A stretch of DNA of 64,000 nucleotides from NCBI GenBank assembly GCA_044376115.1, contig JBILLK010000001.1, positions 288,001 through 352,000 on the forward strand, given 5' to 3'. Position 1 is the stretch's first letter. The number at the start of each line of letters is the position of its first letter. Position numbers and translations under genes: made by a program. This document shows, one piece after another, positions 58,903-64,000 of this stretch. Origin of the DNA: Polyangiaceae bacterium (GTDB taxonomy: Bacteria; Myxococcota_A; Polyangia; Polyangiales; Polyangiaceae). The notes under the pieces are model-generated. The model saw only the letters and a list, made by a program, of their open reading frames with translations, made no database searches and was not told the origin of the DNA.

Positions 58903-59826
58903 ATGGCTGCGCGTCAGATACCCCTCGAGCTGCTTGGCTGGGCTCGCAACCCATACAACGAGGCCCAGCGCCACGCCGACCAAGCGCTGTACTTAGCAAG
59001 AGCTCATTTGGTTGAACAGCTCGACCAGAGCATCGGTATGGAACTCCCCGTGTTGCTGGTCAAGGGCGCTGCCTTGGCGCTTTCGACCTATGTGACCCCG
59101 TGGGAACGACCGATGTCGGACGTGGACCTCCTCGTTGACAGCTCACGCTTCGGGGCTCTCGTGCGGATCTTGACGCGACACGGCTATCAGGAAGTTCAAC
59201 CCAAGGTTCGCGAACACTCCCGCAGCTTGCTTGAGACCGTGCTGCTTCCTCCAGCACCAATGCCCAGCATTCCGGTGGAGATCCACGCGAGCTTGGACAA
59301 GGTTGCTCCGCGGCGGTGGCCATTCTACCGGCTTTGGGAGCGCGGAGAGCCAGTCAGCAGCGGCTTACTGCGTATTCCGGACCTGGAGGATCATGTGCTG
59401 CTCGTTGCCATTCACTTGGCGAGTGACGAATTCGCGCACCCCTGGGGTCTGGTTGATTTGGAGGCTTTGATCCGCAAAGGGGCTGATCTCAAAGTGGTCG
59501 AAGAGCGAGCACGAGCATGCGGTGCGACTACGGCCCTCCGACTTGGACTGACGGTGCTGAGGCACCACGTACCCGCCATACTGAGCGAAAGCGACCTTCC
59601 ACAAGCCGTCGCCTCGGTGGCTCGTGCACGACTCCTCGATATGCTCTTCAACCCTTCGACCTGGCCTGTCTCAAAAACGAAGCCCAGCCTAGGCTGGGCT
59701 TGGATTGCAAAGCAGGCCGCCCTGCGCGACGACCCGCTTCACTTCTTTGAGGGGCTGGGTGCCTACGCGTTAGCTCGAGTTCTTGACCGCTCCCCGTCGG
59801 GACGTCCTAGCTCGCGTCAGGACTAG
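58903..59826 (+). CDS. Uncharacterised nucleotidyltransferase (NTP_transf_5-like)
   Basis: LLVKGAALA..Y..PWERPMSDVDLLV, VEIH, EDHVLLVAIH, LVDL. Confidence 0.82.
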   Translation: MAARQIPLELLGWARNPYNEAQRHADQALYLARAHLVEQLDQSIGMELPVLLVKGAALALSTYVTPWERPMSDVDLLVDSSRFGALVRILTRHGYQEVQPKVREHSRSLLETVLLPPAPMPSIPVEIHASLDKVAPRRWPFYRLWERGEPVSSGLLRIPDLEDHVLLVAIHLASDEFAHPWGLVDLEALIRKGADLKVVEERARACGATTALRLGLTVLRHHVPAILSESDLPQAVASVARARLLDMLFNPSTWPVSKTKPSLGWAWIAKQAALRDDPLHFFEGLGAYALARVLDRSPSGRPSSRQD

Positions 59827-62800
59827 CGCTGCGAGACCCAACATTAGCCAGCCGCCACGCGTCGAGGTGGGGCCGGAGACTTCACAGGCGCAACCGCCCG
59901 AAACGCCGTATCGCGGGCCTGCAGAATCTTCCTCATCATTGCTTTCGGGCTCTTCCCCGCTGGGACTCCAGTCGGTGGGCCTACCCACGGGGGAGCCTTC
60001 GCCGCCTTGTGAGCTGAAGGTCACAAAGCCACTATCGCTCACGTCCGCGGCCAGGGACAGCGCACTGCCAAGGCCCGCCGAGTCGGTGACCAGAAGCTTA
60101 ACGTTAACGCTCATTCCCCACGTACTGGGCGGCGCCTCGAAGCTCAGGCTCGTTGAAGCATCAGCGCCTTGCAGGGCGCTCTCTGCAACGAGCGTCACGT
60201 TCTCTTGAGCCTCCACCGACACCAACGCAACGTCGAGAGCCACGTTGTCCTTGGCAGTAAGCTCGAGCACCGGGTTCGCCCCGTTTTGCGCAACGGCCGT
60301 GAGGCTGGGCGCATCATGGTCGTTGAGCATGAACGGAACGGAGATGGCCTCTTGCCCGGGGTTATCTCCGCCGGCACGGACTACGACGCGGTAGGGCCGA
60401 GCTGCGAGAGCGCCGCTGAGATCGATCGTCGTAGAAGTTTCGTTGACTGAGGCATACGCGGGGTCCCACACCGGCTTGTCATCAGGGCCAATGAGAGCCA
60501 CCTCATAGGAAGTCACACCCTCGAGCTGCTCCCACTCAACATTGAGCAACTGCCCAACCTCAACCATCGTGGGGCCGCTCTCCGCCTGACCTGCGAGGCT
60601 GATAAACGGGGCCGGAAAGGAGAAATTGTCGAGACCGTAGAGAAAGCCGTCCGCACCACCGACAAGGATCTCGTCCTCGCCATCTCCGTCGGAATCCGCG
60701 ATTACCGGCTCACCCACCGAGACACCTAGATTCGCCGACCAGCGGACATCCATGGAACACGGGTCGATAACGTACAGATGGCCGTCAGAGGAGCCCACCA
60801 CGGCGGCTGGACTGCCATCAAGGTTGGCTACGCCGTTTACATTGCTGAAGATCCCCGTGGACTTCCCAGCAGCGTTTGCAGCCTCGACTGTAGCGTACGC
60901 CATACCGTGTGCGTAGGTACGGCTGCCAACCATCGCTCCAGTTGAAACCTCGTAGAACGTCAGGGTGGACGAGAGCACAGCTGGGGTTACGTATCGCTGC
61001 GATGAACCGCAGGTGAGCACCACCCCCGCCATGCCGTTTACTGGCTTATTGAGATCCGCTTGCCAGGCTACGGCTCCATTGCCACTTACGAGCGCCGGGC
61101 CCTCATAACCAGCTTGCAAGAGCAACCGCCTATCACCAGCTGGGCTCTCGGTTACCATCGGCAGGGAGTAGTTCATGTCCGGCATGCTGGCGATCGCCGT
61201 GGCCTGCCCCGTCTCTGAGCTGCGCTGCCAAAGCGAGGCGAACGTCATCGAATACCACTCGTCGATGCCGTCGCTGTTCAGGTCGCCCACCGAAGAGCCG
61301 AAGAAGCCGCCTGTCAGAATCGGCGCGCCGACGAAGCTCGTTGCGCCCGTTTCAAAATCCACCGCGGTTTGGTGGATCTCCCCGCCGTAGTTCCGCCAAT
61401 CGATCCCAACCAGGGTTTGTGCGCCGTTCCGCAATGCAACTGGCGCTCCCCAGGCGAAGCCGCTGGGCATTGTAATGGGGGCGGCGGCGGTGCCCGATTG
61501 CGAGTCAATCGACACCAACGTGGTGCCATGCTCGACACCGACGACTCGGGTCCCGTTGCTCAATTCAAGGATGGCGCTGCTGCTCAAATTCGGATTCCAC
61601 CAGCGGGGTACCGGAGGAATGATCCACGAAGCGTAGCTGGCATCCGCGGCCACGGTGCCCAGCGCGGTGCCCGATAGCAGGATGAAGGGGCCCTGCGCAT
61701 CGCTCGCGACCAGCGGCGCCGCCCTCAAAAAGCCGCCTCCGACGAAGGTTCCCAGGTGGGAACCGTCAACCCAAGTGAGGCCATTGGTGACCTCCATGAA
61801 CTGGTTGAGCACCTGCACGATACCAGTGCTCTCCCCGACCGCAATCTGGGGGTACGGTCGAGTAGCGAAGTCCGCTGTCATCAAACCGGTGATCGAGCCA
61901 AGGATGGGCTCATGGGTTGCCACCAACTGCCATTCATTGCCCACTAGCTCGTAGCCCTCGAGCGACCGGAACGAACCAACATTGGAAAGGGTGTAATCAC
62001 CTTCTGCTTCACCGGCTAAGAGCAGCGGTCGTTTGTTGGGCCGCGGCAACACCGCTAGCTTATGGTCTATCGACGCGGAAGACCGCCGAGCGCTATCGGT
62101 TAGCCGCAAGGCGCGGCGGCTTGGCAAGTTGGAGCCAAGCTGCGCAAACGGAACCAAGTTGGAGGGAGTGTACTTGAATACGGATAGACCGTTAGCGCCA
62201 GCGAGAACCAACTCCGCGCCGGACTCACCATCAAGGTCATGAGCGCCTTCAAAGCGAGCCGCAGAGATCTCCTGGAGCAACGTGCCGTCGGACCCGGACA
62301 ATACCCGCGTAGTCCAATCAGCGTCGGCCGCGTTCTTGAACGAGAACACAACCTCGGAGAGACCGTCCCCATCGAGGTCTGTGGCGACGTCGGTGGTAGC
62401 TGCAAATTCTGCCTCGAATGAGCCGGACTCCACGGCCCACATGAATTCGTTCTGGCCGGTCGCCACGTCCACACGGTAGGCCGAGATGCTGGGGCCAACC
62501 TGGCTAGCGACATGGGAGTTTTGTTGCACGAGCAGCAGCTCGAGGTCCCCTTGCCCGTCAAGATCAACCGCATAGGCCGAGGCGTGGATGAATGGCCAGC
62601 CGGAGACTCCTTGGGCCTCGAAACTGGTAAGTAGGGAGCCATCGCTACCGCGAAGGACCCGAGCATTGGTGAACGAAGTAAGGACGACCTCCATCTCGCC
62701 ATCGCCGTTCAGGTCGAGCAAAGCGTCGGTACCTGAGCTGATGGTCATTGGGTCCGCGAGAACCGGGAAGTCCCAAAGCTTTTCTGCTTGGCCGCTAGCG

Positions 62801-63381
62801 AACGAGTAGACCGAAGCGGCGTCGATACCCCACTTCGCACCAATCGCGTTATCGATGTAGACGTCCGCCAACCCGTCGCCATCAACGTCCCGAACGCGAA
62901 CCACACCGACCTGCTCCACCAGCTCGAGCGACGACCGCCAGCGTTCGATCCCGGTGCTCCCCTCGAGCACGATGGCGTGCTCCTGGATCTGCACGACCAC
63001 TTCGACGGTTCCGTCTCCGTCGAGGTCCGCAATACCTGCCACTTGACCGGGACCTAACACCTCGGTCTGCCAGAGCGTTTGCTGCGTTGCCATGTTGAGG
63101 GCAAGGAAGCGACCACCGCGGGCGATTACAGCGTGGTCATGCGGCAGGCCCTGGAGCATGGGCGCGTTCGCGAAGGTCACCGTTTGGTTGGTGGGCGCAC
63201 CGCCTAGAAAGGTGCGCCAGGCAACGTTGGGGGCCGCGAGATTGACCGGGCCTGATGCAACGGCCGTGCGGCCGTGGTCCCGCCTTGGGACTCGCCATTC
63301 ATCACCGTGAGAGGCCGCCGGGACTGCGTAGGCCGCACCAACAAGACACAGAAGCAGGCTCGTTCGTTGAAACCGTCGCAT
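59770..63381 (-). CDS. Large FG-GAP/PQQ-like beta-propeller surface protein with MYXO-CTERM-like sorting tail
   Basis: Signal peptide; many DLDGDG repeats; acidic linker, then GGCACEV-SGPTSTRGG-WLMLGLAALVL-TRARTSRR. Confidence 0.82.
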   Translation of the reverse strand: MRRFQRTSLLLCLVGAAYAVPAASHGDEWRVPRRDHGRTAVASGPVNLAAPNVAWRTFLGGAPTNQTVTFANAPMLQGLPHDHAVIARGGRFLALNMATQQTLWQTEVLGPGQVAGIADLDGDGTVEVVVQIQEHAIVLEGSTGIERWRSSLELVEQVGVVRVRDVDGDGLADVYIDNAIGAKWGIDAASVYSFASGQAEKLWDFPVLADPMTISSGTDALLDLNGDGEMEVVLTSFTNARVLRGSDGSLLTSFEAQGVSGWPFIHASAYAVDLDGQGDLELLLVQQNSHVASQVGPSISAYRVDVATGQNEFMWAVESGSFEAEFAATTDVATDLDGDGLSEVVFSFKNAADADWTTRVLSGSDGTLLQEISAARFEGAHDLDGESGAELVLAGANGLSVFKYTPSNLVPFAQLGSNLPSRRALRLTDSARRSSASIDHKLAVLPRPNKRPLLLAGEAEGDYTLSNVGSFRSLEGYELVGNEWQLVATHEPILGSITGLMTADFATRPYPQIAVGESTGIVQVLNQFMEVTNGLTWVDGSHLGTFVGGGFLRAAPLVASDAQGPFILLSGTALGTVAADASYASWIIPPVPRWWNPNLSSSAILELSNGTRVVGVEHGTTLVSIDSQSGTAAAPITMPSGFAWGAPVALRNGAQTLVGIDWRNYGGEIHQTAVDFETGATSFVGAPILTGGFFGSSVGDLNSDGIDEWYSMTFASLWQRSSETGQATAIASMPDMNYSLPMVTESPAGDRRLLLQAGYEGPALVSGNGAVAWQADLNKPVNGMAGVVLTCGSSQRYVTPAVLSSTLTFYEVSTGAMVGSRTYAHGMAYATVEAANAAGKSTGIFSNVNGVANLDGSPAAVVGSSDGHLYVIDPCSMDVRWSANLGVSVGEPVIADSDGDGEDEILVGGADGFLYGLDNFSFPAPFISLAGQAESGPTMVEVGQLLNVEWEQLEGVTSYEVALIGPDDKPVWDPAYASVNETSTTIDLSGALAARPYRVVVRAGGDNPGQEAISVPFMLNDHDAPSLTAVAQNGANPVLELTAKDNVALDVALVSVEAQENVTLVAESALQGADASTSLSFEAPPSTWGMSVNVKLLVTDSAGLGSALSLAADVSDSGFVTFSSQGGEGSPVGRPTDWSPSGEEPESNDEEDSAGPRYGVSGGCACEVSGPTSTRGGWLMLGLAALVLTRARTSRRGAVKNSS

Positions 63382-63722
63382 ACCCCACACTCCTTCGAAC
63401 TTCGGCCAAGATGATCACTCGTGAGCGCCTTAGCCGCAACAGGCGCCGCCCCATCCCATCCGCCCGAGCAATGCCGGCCAGCGGGCAGGCTGATCACAAA
63501 AAGCGTGCTAGCTACTCGAATGGCGAATTTGCCTATGATCTCCGCACCCACACGCGGTGGAACGGGTTAGGACTCGCGCCAAACGATTGACACAAGCGCC
63601 AAGATTGCGTCGCAGCTTGTGACAACGAAGTGTCGCCATGCCGTGCTTGGCCCTGAACTCCGCTCTCCTCAGAAGCAACCTATGGCAAGCTGCTAGCCGA
63701 CGGCTTGACCCGAAGGATCTCG

Positions 63723-64000
63723 ATGCCTGGTTCTCTCACTCATCTGAACAAGCGAGTCGCTGCGGAACAGCGTCAGGTCAAAGTCGCCGTTCCCGCATTG
63801 ATCGGTGCCGCGATCACGCTTGGCTGGGCATTTGTTGCGTTTGCGCTCGCCGATTCGCTGTACGGCCCGATGGCGATCGTGGCGTCGATTGCCACCGTGG
63901 CTGCGTCGGTTGCTGTGTACCTGTGGAAGCCTGCGGAGGGGAGAGAGCCTGTTCGCGTCGTGGGCCTGATGGTGCTCGTTCAGACCTTTTTGAGCGCGGG
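63723..64000 (+). CDS. 5' part of a membrane protein (runs off the window)
   Basis: AAGGA RBS; ATG 63723 open to the window end (MPGSLTHLNKRVAAEQRQVKVAVPALIGAAITLGWAFVAFALADSLYGPMAIVASIATVAASVAVYLWK...). Confidence 0.6.
   Translation, partial: MPGSLTHLNKRVAAEQRQVKVAVPALIGAAITLGWAFVAFALADSLYGPMAIVASIATVAASVAVYLWKPAEGREPVRVVGLMVLVQTFLSA

Noticed and set aside
46118..64000. Horizontally acquired island
   Set aside because: Codon bias looks weaker by eye, but I could not quantify it, and no integrase, tRNA, IS or flanking direct repeat is visible.

Overview
GC-rich, gene-dense bacterial chromosomal window, most likely a myxobacterium (Myxococcota, Polyangiales-like). This is inferred from the eukaryote-type Ser/Thr kinases, the many Gly-linker lipoproteins, a MYXO-CTERM-like tail and a TraB-like OmpA protein. 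About 50 CDS; I saw no rRNA, tRNA, CRISPR array or transposase. The left two-thirds hold housekeeping, signalling and envelope genes: trxA, acnA, rpe, two Ser/Thr kinases, a MoxR-DUF58-transglutaminase operon, and a complete iscS-iscU-iscA-hscB-hscA-fdx operon headed by a 4-Cys MerR regulator instead of IscR, with an operator-like palindrome upstream. The most notable element is a lasso-peptide (RiPP) cluster at 46.1-51.4 kb. It encodes an ABC exporter, a B2 peptidase, an Asn-synthetase-like cyclase, an HPr-kinase-like enzyme, a PqqD/RRE and a 58-aa precursor. The precursor has canonical leader spacing (Y-17, P-14, L-12, G-8, T-2) and an unusual cationic core, ASGKSGKEPGAGAKPRK. The cluster runs directly into a surface-polysaccharide locus (oxidoreductase, Wzc, O-antigen-ligase-like protein, methyltransferase) that also carries a nucleotidyltransferase of the type found with phosphorylated/glycosylated lasso peptides. 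All family assignments come from motif recognition by eye; no searches were run.
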